DNA from: an uncultured Methanobacteriaceae archaeon
GTDB taxonomy: Archaea > Methanobacteriota > Methanobacteria > Methanobacteriales > Methanobacteriaceae
Length of the DNA stretch: 32,000 nt
Reading direction: 5' to 3'
NCBI GenBank assembly: GCA_963698135.1
Contig: CAVOPP010000011.1
Coordinates: 198,954 to 230,953, forward strand
The notes below the pieces were generated by a model, which was not told the DNA's origin, searched no databases, and saw only the letters and a list, made by a program, of their open reading frames with translations. A program made the translations under genes and the position numbers. Below are positions 1 to 9,468 of this stretch, in pieces (the stretch's first letter is position 1; each line of letters opens with the position of its first letter).

Positions 1-294
1 GATTTAGAGACCATGAAAGCTGAAAGAGGAGAAGAAGCTGGAGAAATGACTGAATGGGGTAACATTGGTGAAATCAAGGAAATCCTCGGCGCTAACGGAT
101 TAGTAGCTGTGGCTGGCGGAATAACTCCTAACAAAGTGGAGCAAGCCTTAGACAGTGAAGCAGACATTATTGTAGTGGGCCGTTACATTATCGGATCCAG
201 AGATGTCCGCAGATCTGCAGAAGACTTCCTGGAACACATGCCTCAAGACCCAGACACCATGCGACTGGCCCTTGACGAAGACGAGTCTATTTAA
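1..294 (+). CDS. C-terminal part of an OMP-decarboxylase / 3-hexulose-6-phosphate synthase (ribulose-phosphate-binding barrel) family protein; 5' end outside window
   Basis: Frame 1 is open from base 1, so the ATG at 13 is probably internal. The motif VAVAGGI...[15 protein letters not shown] resembles the last two phosphate-binding strands of HPS/OMPdecase-type TIM barrels. TAA at 292-294 is followed by T-runs. The family call rests on motif memory only. Confidence 0.5.
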   Translation, partial: DLETMKAERGEEAGEMTEWGNIGEIKEILGANGLVAVAGGITPNKVEQALDSEADIIVVGRYIIGSRDVRRSAEDFLEHMPQDPDTMRLALDEDESI

Positions 295-489
295 TCTTAA
301 TTGATTAATAACTCGGATTTTTTTTCTTTTTTAATTAAATATTAATTTTTTTATTTTTCTTTTACATTGTTCCCAAATGATGCCTCTTTTTAACTATTAT
401 TAAAAGCTAAATTTTATTATAAGAAAAGTCAAATTAGATATATAATTATTAATTATTGAAAATTTTAAGATAATATCGAGGTAATCATT

Positions 490-1092
490 ATGATAGTGGG
501 AATATGCGGCAGTCCAAGAAAAAAATCCACAGATTACGTTTTAAAAGAGGCCCTTTCCATAATGGAAGATAAAGGCTTTGAAACCACATTTTATGGAGTA
601 AGGGGTAAAAATATTGGGCCATGCAAGCACTGCGATTACTGTCTAAGGAAAAAAGAATGCTTCTTGAAAGACGACATGATTGAAGTATATGAGTTACTGG
701 ATAAAGCCCAGGGAATTGTAATGGCCACCCCCATCTACAATGGAGGGATAAGTGGTCAGATCAAGTGCATTATGGACCGATGCCGGGCCTTAGGAGCTGC
801 AGATTACGATTCTCTCCGAGGAAAAATAGGCATGGGTATTGCCGTTGGTGGAGACCGGAGCGGTGGCCAGGAACTGGCCCTGCAGCAAATTCACACTTAT
901 TATATATTAAGTGGAGTTATTCCAGTGAGTGGTGGATCCTTTGGAGCTAATCTGGGGGCTTGTTTATGGTCTAAGGATACTTTAGAAGGGATTAAGGAAG
1001 ATGAAGAAGGTTTCAGGACCTTGAGAAAAACCGTGAATATGTTTGCCCGGTATCTGGAAACTTACAACCCGGAAACTCATAAAAAACCTTAA
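490..1092 (+). CDS. iron-sulfur flavoprotein (Isf) / NADPH-dependent FMN reductase family
   Basis: Flavodoxin-like N-terminus MIVGICGSPRKKST plus the compact cysteine motif CKHCDYCLRKKEC (CX2CX2CX5C) typical of methanogen Isf. SD-like GAGGTAA lies 5 nt upstream of the ATG. Confidence 0.8.
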   Translation: MIVGICGSPRKKSTDYVLKEALSIMEDKGFETTFYGVRGKNIGPCKHCDYCLRKKECFLKDDMIEVYELLDKAQGIVMATPIYNGGISGQIKCIMDRCRALGAADYDSLRGKIGMGIAVGGDRSGGQELALQQIHTYYILSGVIPVSGGSFGANLGACLWSKDTLEGIKEDEEGFRTLRKTVNMFARYLETYNPETHKKP

Positions 1093-1285
1093 TATTATTA
1101 AATCAATTATTTTCAATTTTTTAAATATTCGAATTATAATTATTAAAATTTTTTTTAAAAATTTCAAAATAAATGCAGATATTAATCAAGTTTATAAGCT
1201 AATACTCTAAATAATATCTAGTTTAATTTATTTCATTAATTTTTAAAATTATATTTTATTATCTTTTCAATTATCCGGTGATTCA

Positions 1286-2846
1286 ATGAGTACAAGCAAG
1301 GGAGCAGCAAAGCTACTAAGAGGAAGTTTCCTCTTGATGATAAGTAATCTCCTTTTTAGAGTAGGAGGTTACATATATCGATTTTTAATGGCTAGACTGC
1401 TGGGTCCTGAAGGATACGGAATATTAGGATACACTCTGTTTTTCCAAGGCGTATTTCAGGTTCTTTCTGCAGGAGGATTGCCTCCGGCCATTGCCAAGTA
1501 TGTTTCTCAGCATAAAGCCCTTGAAGAAGATCAAATGGCCAGCCAAGTGGTTTTCACATCGCTAAAATTTATGATGTTTCTGGGAATTTTCTTTTCCATA
1601 GTTATGTTTTTCATTGGGCCAATAATAGCCAATGATATCTGGCATAAACCCGCCGCTAGCCCTTCCTCTTCAAGCAGTAGCATTAATCACTCCTTTTAGT
1701 GTTATAGTAGGGGCTTTTAGAGGCGCATTCCAGGGAATATATAAAATGGAATATGTGGTTGTTACGAGAGCCGTGGAACAGGTTTTCATGATTGTTTTTG
1801 CAGTCGTTCTGGTAATGCTTGGATTTTACGCTGCAGGAGCAGTTATAGGGACAGGAATAGGATTTATGGCCTCCGCAGCTTCAGCCGTAATCATTTTTCG
1901 AAAATATATGTGGAAATATTTGCCCTCACTCGATCCTGAACATAAGTTCAATTTTAGACAGGAAATGGGGCTTATAAAGACCCTTTTAATATTCTCCATA
2001 CCAGTTATCATTACTGCATTATCAGAGATGTCCATTTACGGAGCAAGTATATTTATTTTAGGAATTTTTATGGCCACCAAGTTTAGTGGTTATTATAATG
2101 CCGTAGATCCCATAGCTCGTCTTCCCCTGGTAATATCCCTTTCAGTAGCTACTGCAGTGCTTCCAGCAGCTTCTGAGGCCTTTGCTTTGAAAGATAAAGT
2201 ATTATTAACAACTTATGTAGTTCAATCTTATCGTATGGTAGTTTTAACTGTTCTTCCTCTCTGTATTGGTATTGCTGTCTTTGCCAGGCCGCTTTTGGAG
2301 CTTCTTTTCGGTGTTGATTATATATATGGAGCTGGAGCATTAAGCATATTAGTAATTGGAATGGCATTTTATACCCTATTCATGGTATCCTCCAGCATCG
2401 CCCAGGGATTAGGATATCCCCGGTTACCCATGTACATTTTAGTGGCGGGTAGTGTGGTGAATATAACCTTAAACTGGTTCCTCATACAGTTTTATGGTAT
2501 TATTGGTGCAGCATTAGCTACAACCATTACTGCATTTGTTATAATGATACCTATTTTGTGGAAAACCTATAAAATTACTGAAGTAAAATTGCCATTCATG
2601 GCCTTTGCCAAAATAACTTTAGCCTCCGTAATTATGGGATTAGGAATTTATCTTATCCCTCAAACAATCCCTGGACTAATCATGGCCATTATAATTGCCC
2701 CAATTATATACGTAATCGCCTTCACATTTTTAAAAGGGTTTGAAAAAAGGGACATCCGCATGATGCGTAAAATTGGATCCCGAATGGGCCCATTATCTCG
2801 GCCAGTCGAAAAATTACTTACCTTCATTGATAAATATGCCAAATAA
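1286..2846 (+). pseudogene. MOP-superfamily polysaccharide/oligosaccharide flippase (Wzx/MurJ-like), split by one frameshift near 1650
   Basis: ORFs 1286-1699 and 1632-2846 are in different frames but form one multi-TM protein of about 520 aa. The N-terminus GSFLLMISNLLFRVGGYIYRFLMARLLGPEGYGILG is typical of Polysacc_synt flippases. Reading continues sensibly as HKPA|LALPLQAVALITPFSV if one base is removed around 1650-1655. The frame-2 tail (ASPSSSSSSINHSF*) is low-complexity nonsense. Confidence 0.7.
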
Positions 2847-2919
2847 ATGGAAATTTATGAAATAATTGGTTAAATATATCAACTCTGACACATAAAATAA
2901 AGATAAAAAAGGTGTCTTA

Positions 2920-3622
2920 ATGGCCAATACTAGGGATATTCCAGAGTATCAATTAGAAATAGGTGAGAAATCACTATTAATGGATAAAGAAAATTTCAGC
3001 TTCTAAAATATATAGATAGCCTGGGCTCCATTACCCGAGCCTCTAAAGAGTCAAAAATTCCCTACAGGACTGCCCTAAAATACATTGAAGTAATAGAAAA
3101 AATTGTAGGTCAAGCTGTTGTATTGACCCAGAGAGGCGGTAAAGGAGGTGGAGGCGGTAGCCAACTTACTGATACCGGTAAGACAATTATTAAGGAATAT
3201 ATCAAGCTTAATCAAATTATTAAAAAACATTCCAATTTAAATGAGATTGAATGGAACAGTTAGTTCACTGGAAATTGAACAATAGAGTTATGAATGTCAA
3301 AATAGGACAAAATGAGATTATTATTACCCCTCCACAAGGATTTGGAAAAGGTGACAAAGTTTTAATTTTGATTATCAACCCTGAAGATATATTTATTATG
3401 CTCCGTCCCCAGGAATCCAGTGTGAGAAACATTGTAGAGGGCGAAATTGTTGGTATGGAAATTCAAAATGAAATGGTAAAGCTGAAAGTAGCTCTGGATC
3501 CATTAACCAATATTCTGGTGGGATATAACCCGATATTCCTGGAGAAAAACTGGAATTAAGATCTGGAAAAAAAGGTTTTTGTTGGATTTAAAGCCACTTC
3601 CCTATCATTAATAAAGATGTAA
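2920..3622 (+). pseudogene. ModE-like molybdate-responsive regulator (HTH + two TOBE/Mop-like domains), decayed by multiple frameshifts
   Basis: Homologous pieces lie in all three forward frames. 2920-3006 gives MANTRDIPEYQLEIGEKSLLMDKENFSF*. 3003-3263 gives LKYIDSLGSITRASKESKIPYRTALKYIEVIEKIVGQAVVLTQRGGKGGGGGSQLTDTGK..., a ModE-type HTH with the GG..GGG..LT signature. 3253-3285 gives GTVSSLEIEQ*. 3281-3559 is TOBE-like (listed ORF 3251-3559). 3560-3622 gives DLEKKVFVGFKATSLSLIKM*. At least four frame changes are needed to rebuild one protein. Confidence 0.65.
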
Positions 3623-3628
3623 TAGATA

Positions 3629-3677
3629 TTATAACTTATCACTTATAAGTTAAAAGTTGTAACTTATAACTTATAAT
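3629..3677. repeat. heptad array A: seven phased 7-bp units TTATAAN
   Basis: Read directly: TTATAAC TTATCAC TTATAAG TTAAAAG TTGTAAC TTATAAC TTATAAT. It contains the palindrome ACTTATAAGT. It lies between the ModE-like pseudogene end (3622) and the SD/ATG of the ferredoxin gene (3697). Confidence 0.85.
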
Positions 3678-3696
3678 AAGATTTTCGAGGTAATTC

Positions 3697-3897
3697 ATGC
3701 AAATATTAGTAGACAAAAAAAGATGTACCGGATGCGGAAAATGCGAGGAAGCGTGTCCAAAAGGAGGAGTAATTTGGTCTATAGACCGTAAAACAGAAAT
3801 AGATGAAGCTTCGAACCTGGAATATTGTCACCAATGCACGATTTGTGCTGGTAAATGCCCGGAAAAAGCAATTACAATTGTTAGAGATGATAACTAA
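3697..3897 (+). CDS. 2x[4Fe-4S] ferredoxin
   Basis: Two canonical motifs, [12 protein letters not shown] and [12 protein letters not shown], in 66 aa. GAGGTAA SD upstream. The stop TAA overlaps the hisB ATG (TAATG). Confidence 0.85.
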   Translation: MQILVDKKRCTGCGKCEEACPKGGVIWSIDRKTEIDEASNLEYCHQCTICAGKCPEKAITIVRDDN

Positions 3898-4475
3898 TGT
3901 CAAGGAAAAAAAATAAGACAAGAAAAACATCTGAAACAGAAATAGAAATTTCACTAAACCTGGATGGAACCGGACAATATAATGTTCAAACAGGTGTGGA
4001 ATTTTTCGACCACATGCTGGAATCATTTGCCCGGCATGGATTTTTCGATCTGGAAGTTAAGGCCCAGGGCGATGTGAGCGTAGATGACCATCACACTGTG
4101 GAAGACGTGGGAATACTATTGGGTGAAGTATTTAATGAGGCAGTAGGAGATAAAAAAGGAATAAATCGGATTTCTCATTCCCTGGTGCCCATGGACGAGG
4201 CTCTGGCCATGGTAGCAGTTGACATAAGCGGCCGAAGCTATTGCATAATAGACATGCACTTTACCCAGCAAAAAGTGGGGGAGTTATCCACCGAAAATGT
4301 GGAGCATTTCCTGGAATCATTTGCCAGCAGCGCCCGGATAAATATAAATGCCAAGGTAGAAGGAGAGAACGACCATCACCAGATCGAGGCACTATTTAAA
4401 GCGCTGGCCCGGGCTCTAAAAGATGCTGTAAAAGTTGAACACGACCAGATACCCAGTACCAAAGGCATTTTATAA
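3897..4475 (+). CDS. hisB: imidazoleglycerol-phosphate dehydratase
   Basis: Strong family signature: [45 protein letters not shown] and [16 protein letters not shown]. Confidence 0.93.
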   Translation: MSRKKNKTRKTSETEIEISLNLDGTGQYNVQTGVEFFDHMLESFARHGFFDLEVKAQGDVSVDDHHTVEDVGILLGEVFNEAVGDKKGINRISHSLVPMDEALAMVAVDISGRSYCIIDMHFTQQKVGELSTENVEHFLESFASSARININAKVEGENDHHQIEALFKALARALKDAVKVEHDQIPSTKGIL

Positions 4476-4498
4476 TTTAATTTTAAAAGAGGGATAAA

Positions 4499-5134
4499 AT
4501 GGTTTCTGAGATACGAAAAAAATTTACCATGCCTACGGCCCGCCTGGAAACCCTGGCCGACGGTATATTCGCCATTGCCATGACTTTACTTGTTTTAAGT
4601 ATTGAAGCTCCCAGTCCCGGAACCATTACTTCTTCTTTAGATTTTCAAAATTATGTTAATGAATTAATTCCTCAAATGTCCGTATATGCACTCAGTTTCA
4701 TTTTACTAGGTTCTTTCTGGTTAAATCACCATATTTTCTTTTTAATTAAAAAAACAAATACCCGACTGGTGTGGGTAAATATCCTCTGGCTCATGATGGT
4801 GGTTCTGGTACCATTTAGCACGTCACTCATTGGTTCTTACAGTCAGTATCCGCTTTCTGAGATAATATTCGGGATTAATATGTTTTTAATTGGAGTTTTA
4901 TACCTTTTAAACCTCCTATATGCTTATTATGGAGATTTTATGGAAGAAAAGGTCAGGCCCTATGCCTGGCGCATAATCTTAGGCAGTATTTCTTTACCGA
5001 TTATAGCATTAGTTTCCATAGCAATTTCCTTTAATAGTCCCTTCTGGAGTCTGGCAGTTTATCCCATAATACCCATAATTATGAGCTCCTTTGCTGTTTT
5101 ATACAGGGCGAGAAAAAGTAAGTACGAAAATTAA
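4499..5134 (+). CDS. TMEM175 / DUF1211 family membrane protein (K+ channel-like)
   Basis: The N-terminal signature RLETLADGIFAIAMTLLVL (RxxxFSDGxxAIxxTLLVL type) is followed by about 6 hydrophobic helices. Confidence 0.75.
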   Translation: MVSEIRKKFTMPTARLETLADGIFAIAMTLLVLSIEAPSPGTITSSLDFQNYVNELIPQMSVYALSFILLGSFWLNHHIFFLIKKTNTRLVWVNILWLMMVVLVPFSTSLIGSYSQYPLSEIIFGINMFLIGVLYLLNLLYAYYGDFMEEKVRPYAWRIILGSISLPIIALVSIAISFNSPFWSLAVYPIIPIIMSSFAVLYRARKSKYEN

Positions 5135-5189
5135 TAAGCAGATGTAGATGTTGTGGCATATAATGATGTAGGAATAAAAATAAAAATAA

Positions 5190-5486
5190 TTAAATTAAAA
5201 CGGAATATTCTTTTCGCAAGGAAATAAGCTCTTTAGACATTCCATTTAATTCATAGGATTCAATTTCAAAGTCTAACTCATTATAATTATCCAGAACGTG
5301 ATCTATTTTATCCATTACCAGATCAATCTTATTTATTTGGAATGCAATAAATTCCTTATAATTTTTATTTTCTTCGCTTGGTTCATTAAGATCCTTGGTT
5401 CTGATTTGTGGCAGTTTAGATGTCGAAGAAATCTTTATTTCATTATATTCGTCGAATATTTGATCTAATTCTGATTTTGAAAACAT
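5190..5486 (-). CDS. hypothetical small acidic protein
   Basis: 98-aa ORF 29 bp downstream of the HD-domain gene on the same strand. No family recognised. Charged, helical-looking composition. Confidence 0.4.
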   Translation of the reverse strand: MFSKSELDQIFDEYNEIKISSTSKLPQIRTKDLNEPSEENKNYKEFIAFQINKIDLVMDKIDHVLDNYNELDFEIESYELNGMSKELISLRKEYSVLI

Positions 5487-5515
5487 TATTAAATCCCCTA
5501 ATTTGTTATTTATGA

Positions 5516-6727
5516 TTATTCTTCAATCAATTTCTCCAGACTGCGGAAAATTTGGCCGAAATCATTTCCAGAAACCTTTTGAGATTTCCAATATTCCATC
5601 ATACCTTTTTGGGCTTCTTCCAGATCTTTAGAAGTGACACCATGTCGAATAGAAATCTTGGCCTCAGCAAAAGCCGCTAACTGATCACATGCCTTTACCA
5701 GTTCCCCATCTAAAGGAGAAAATTCATTTTTATTATATTTTTTATTTAAATCATTAAATGTTATGAATTTAACCGAAGTCTCATCTTTAATTTTGTTTTT
5801 AAATTCATCCCCAGTAAAATAAAGCATTTCATCGCGCCAGGTCTTGGGAAGAAGAGGCAAAAGCTCCTCTTTCATTTGATAGTCCTCATATTCTTTAATT
5901 ATATCTTCCAGCCCTCTAACTGATCGTTTTACAGGAGATATAATATCCTTGGTCATTACTTCTGGCAGGTCATGAAATAAACCAGCGAAAAAATTGTTAT
6001 AAATCCGCTTATCGCATGCTTTAACACCCATTTCCATGGTACATAAATAAGCAGTGGAGGCCACGATTAACATATGGCCCAGGACTGAGGTTTCAGGAAT
6101 TCGAGGAGAGTGAGCCCATCTTTTCTGAAATCGAAGTTGACCACATAGATCCACAAAGCCAAAGGACTTTTTTTCCAGCATTATCTTTTGAACACCAATT
6201 AAATCATAATGGTCTTCAATCTGGTTTTCGATTTTTTCCCGGGTATTTTCAATTCCATAAATGAAGGGGGCTGTATTGTAAATAATCTTAAATTCCCAGT
6301 TGGTGGCCAGGTAGTGGGCCGCCCGTAAAATTCGTTTTTCCAGCGTGCTTTGCCGACTGAAAAGGTAATTCTTAAATTTTTCCTCAAAAGAATTGTCTTT
6401 TAAGCCTTGAAAATCAGTTTTCAATTCATTTATGACGTGTTTATTTAATTCTTCCCTCTTTTCATCCATCATTCTATGAAACACTGACGGTTTAATATCT
6501 GTTAAAACAAGTCGATGGAAGAAATCAAATAAAAACCCTTCAATTAAGTTAATCCAGTTAATAGAATCTTTTCCCCTGCTATCTTCTTCTATTTTAGCCA
6601 GTACATATGCTATAATCATTTTATGAGCTTGTTTATCCAGTTCTGTCAATTGAACTGGCCTTATATGATCGTTCCATCGTTCCATGGTGGCCGCCTTGAA
6701 GAAGCGTTCTATTAAGTTTTCTATCAT
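5516..6727 (-). CDS. HD-domain metal-dependent phosphohydrolase (YfbR-like core with a degenerate N-terminal duplicate)
   Basis: RWAHSPRIPETSVLGHMLIVASTAYL ... FFAGLFHDLPE gives the H...HD metal-binding pattern of HD hydrolases. An N-terminal ERWNDHIRP...AHKMIIAYVLA segment looks like a degenerate copy of the same module. Confidence 0.7.
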   Translation of the reverse strand: MIENLIERFFKAATMERWNDHIRPVQLTELDKQAHKMIIAYVLAKIEEDSRGKDSINWINLIEGFLFDFFHRLVLTDIKPSVFHRMMDEKREELNKHVINELKTDFQGLKDNSFEEKFKNYLFSRQSTLEKRILRAAHYLATNWEFKIIYNTAPFIYGIENTREKIENQIEDHYDLIGVQKIMLEKKSFGFVDLCGQLRFQKRWAHSPRIPETSVLGHMLIVASTAYLCTMEMGVKACDKRIYNNFFAGLFHDLPEVMTKDIISPVKRSVRGLEDIIKEYEDYQMKEELLPLLPKTWRDEMLYFTGDEFKNKIKDETSVKFITFNDLNKKYNKNEFSPLDGELVKACDQLAAFAEAKISIRHGVTSKDLEEAQKGMMEYWKSQKVSGNDFGQIFRSLEKLIEE

Positions 6728-6900
6728 GATTTTACCTTTAATTAGGATTTGTTAATTGAATATTAGAATAATATTAAATATATACTTTATTATTATTACT
6801 ATCAGACAGAATCTTAATCAATAAAATGTCAAAAAATGAATTTCCAGTAATTATTTGATACCCAAAAAATTTGATACTAAAAAAGAAAAAACAACAGGAT

Positions 6901-9162
6901 TTAATATCTTCCTGTTTTGAATTTAATTACATATCCTGGTGTTAAACCATTACCTGCCAGATCACTGATAGCTGAAGAAGGTATGTAAACTGTGTAATAT
7001 GAATTACTGCTTCTTTTACTACTAGTTTTTAGGTAAAGAGTATTTCCTGAAATCCACTTTGAAATATTAACTATTCTTCCGTATTTATCCTTTATCACAA
7101 TTTTGGACCAGTTAATACCTGTTTTAATATTTTCACTGAATTTAAGGTAAATGGTCTTAGTTCTGGATACTCCAGTGGCAGACTTTTTAGGATAAGTATA
7201 TGTCACTTTAGGAGGAATTAAATCGATTTTAACCGATTTATGTATGCTTTGGCTACCCGTGCTGGCTGCAACGTCTGCTGTTCCTGCTTTAGAACCACCT
7301 TTCAAAGTGGATCTGGCCACCCCATTAGTCGTGGCCACATAATTAGTTCCAATTGTTCCCAGGTTAGAGGTAAATTTCACCACTATACCATCAGGTACAT
7401 GGCCCTGGTTAGGGTCGTGATAGACACCATTAACATCATGAAGCAGGTCTGCGGTCAAAACAGCAGTTCCTCCATTGTTAATAACACCCGTGCTTGGATT
7501 AAATCTTAAAACCAACCAGGAAGAAACATTGGAATCAACAACCCTATCTGATGGATTTTGATTGGAGCCCCACCAGTTGTATCGAGCATCAACTGAGTCT
7601 CCTTCATTGTATATGTCTTCTGGATAGTATCCATCCATTCCATTTTCCATTATTTGGCAGAAGTGAATCCTTAAAATACCTTCATTATAAAAAGCATCCC
7701 CATTCATATAAGCACTGTTTCTTTTGAAAATGCTGCCTGATACGTTTACTGTAGAATTACCCCAGTTGGAAATGGCCCCTCCCATATCGGCATAGTTATC
7801 GGTGAAAGTACTATCATATATACTGGAATTACCGTAATTAGAAATAACACCACCATCATAAGCTAAATCATCCAAACCACTGGTAGCAGTATTTTCAGTG
7901 AAAATGCTATTTTTAATAATTAAATTTCCCATATTTGAAATAGCAGCCCCACTATCAGCAAGATTACCTGTGAATTCACAGTTCCTCAAGGCGGTTATAC
8001 CATCATAAGTGGCAATAGCACCACCTAAATAAGGATTCTCGTTATAAGCACTTTGAGCAATATTATGAGCAAATTTACTGGAATTAATTACTAAAGTACC
8101 TTCAAAAGTGCAAATAGCGCCCCCAGAACAAGCAATAGAATTTTCAGAGCTGCTAACCATGTTATCAGAGAAATTGCTTGAATATATGGTTAAGTTACCA
8201 CTATTAGATACAGCTCCGCCCAAAAAAGCACTGTTGCTGGTGAAATTACTATTGAATACGGTTAAATTAGCTAAATTGGCAATAGCACCACCCATAGCAG
8301 ATTCATTACCATTTACAGAGTTTAAATAGAAATTAGTTAGATTTACAAGTAAATTTCCTTGATTGTAAATAGCCCCGCCCAAAAAAGCTTGGTTATTATT
8401 AAAATTGCTTTTATTTATGGTTAAATAACCTAAATTGACAATAGCTCCACCATAATATGCAGTATTATCCTTGAAAATACAGTTTTCTATGGTTGAAAAT
8501 CCATTATAAGATAAATCGGCATAATTAAAAAGAATAGAACCCATTTCTCCCGCATTATTTGTGAAGTTACACCCATTTAAAGTTAAATTTCCTACATTAA
8601 AGATTAAACCTAAACCTTCGGCAGATTCATTTAGTTTAACTACTATATTATTTGTAAAACTACTATTTAATATGGTTAAATTTCCCCCATTTATGATCGC
8701 ACTACCACCAGCAACATGATTGGCAGTAAAAGCTGTATCAATTAAAGTTAGAGTACCATTATTTTCGATATAGCCTCCCGCATCGACATATCCATCAGTT
8801 TGGGTTAAGTTCTGGATGGTTACTATTTGGCCACTTTTTATAGTGAATATCAAAAATGCACCACTCCCATTTATAATAGTTCCCTCACGGCTCTGGCCTT
8901 TGATAGTCATATTCTTGTCAATGGTTATATTGGCATTATTTTCTCCAGAATATACACCATCGGCAATATTCACTATTCCACCATCATTTACTGTTCCTGT
9001 AGCATTTTTAATAGATTTTTTAGGTCCAGTTATACCTATTCCATCCCAAACATCAGATTCACCATCCCAACTGTCATTTCCTGAGGAATCATTTACATAA
9101 ATAACACCCGGATTAGCAGAAACATCATTAACAGAAGCTAATGAAATCATTAAAAAAGCCAA
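6901..9162 (-). CDS. secreted parallel beta-helix (PbH1) repeat adhesin-like surface protein with C-terminal Ig-like domain
   Basis: More than 15 copies of a 22-25 aa unit of type GGAI.N.GNLT(I/L).NS.F..N.A, and very many N-x-S/T sequons. The C-terminal roughly 105 aa are homologous to the C-terminus of the neighbouring protease (PPKV.YTYPK...YTVYIPSSAISDLAGN...FKTGRY). The listed start is a TTG. An in-frame extension to ATT 9216 behind GGAGGTGA is likely (see findings). Confidence 0.8.
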   Translation of the reverse strand: MAFLMISLASVNDVSANPGVIYVNDSSGNDSWDGESDVWDGIGITGPKKSIKNATGTVNDGGIVNIADGVYSGENNANITIDKNMTIKGQSREGTIINGSGAFLIFTIKSGQIVTIQNLTQTDGYVDAGGYIENNGTLTLIDTAFTANHVAGGSAIINGGNLTILNSSFTNNIVVKLNESAEGLGLIFNVGNLTLNGCNFTNNAGEMGSILFNYADLSYNGFSTIENCIFKDNTAYYGGAIVNLGYLTINKSNFNNNQAFLGGAIYNQGNLLVNLTNFYLNSVNGNESAMGGAIANLANLTVFNSNFTSNSAFLGGAVSNSGNLTIYSSNFSDNMVSSSENSIACSGGAICTFEGTLVINSSKFAHNIAQSAYNENPYLGGAIATYDGITALRNCEFTGNLADSGAAISNMGNLIIKNSIFTENTATSGLDDLAYDGGVISNYGNSSIYDSTFTDNYADMGGAISNWGNSTVNVSGSIFKRNSAYMNGDAFYNEGILRIHFCQIMENGMDGYYPEDIYNEGDSVDARYNWWGSNQNPSDRVVDSNVSSWLVLRFNPSTGVINNGGTAVLTADLLHDVNGVYHDPNQGHVPDGIVVKFTSNLGTIGTNYVATTNGVARSTLKGGSKAGTADVAASTGSQSIHKSVKIDLIPPKVTYTYPKKSATGVSRTKTIYLKFSENIKTGINWSKIVIKDKYGRIVNISKWISGNTLYLKTSSKRSSNSYYTVYIPSSAISDLAGNGLTPGYVIKFKTGRY

Positions 9163-9413
9163 AAGAAAACATGAAGTGATGAGTGGACTTTTAATCTCGT
9201 TAAATTTAGTTATAATCTTTTCACCTCCAAATTTAAGTAAATTTAAAGTAATAATTTACTACCAATACTTATAATGAATAATACTTTAAAGTTTCGATTT
9301 AAATTTCAAAAAAAAAGATTATTCTAAAAATAATTTTACGAAGTTAAAATAAATGAATCTAAATTTAAGTAAAGATATTCCTTTTTAACATTTTTATTGA
9401 AAATAAACATTAA

Positions 9414-9434
9414 TTCATAATTCATAATTCATAA
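9414..9434. repeat. three perfect tandem heptads TTCATAA
   Basis: Read directly: TTCATAA TTCATAA TTCATAA, flanked by the degenerate units ACATTAA and TTAATTT. It lies in the intergenic region between the two surface-protein genes. Confidence 0.8.
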
Positions 9435-9468
9435 TTAATTTTAAAATAAAAAAGTAGGAAAATAATAA

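Noticed and set aside
1632-1699. Programmed ribosomal frameshift in the flippase
   Set aside because: There is no slippery heptamer or downstream structure at the junction. A simple 1-nt indel (a mutation or a base-call error) explains it.
765-2842. ORFs 765-950, 982-1167, 1826-2035, 2149-2367 and 2660-2842
   Set aside because: They are off-frame or antisense within the Isf and flippase genes or AT-rich spacer, with no motifs.
3706-4026. Minus-strand 106-aa ORF
   Set aside because: It is antisense across the ferredoxin/hisB junction, and both sense genes have diagnostic motifs.
7240-9100. Plus-strand ORFs 7240-7509, 8108-8329, 8816-9100 and 8827-9084
   Set aside because: They are antisense to the repeat-rich adhesin gene. 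Repetitive, codon-biased sequence commonly leaves long open antisense frames.
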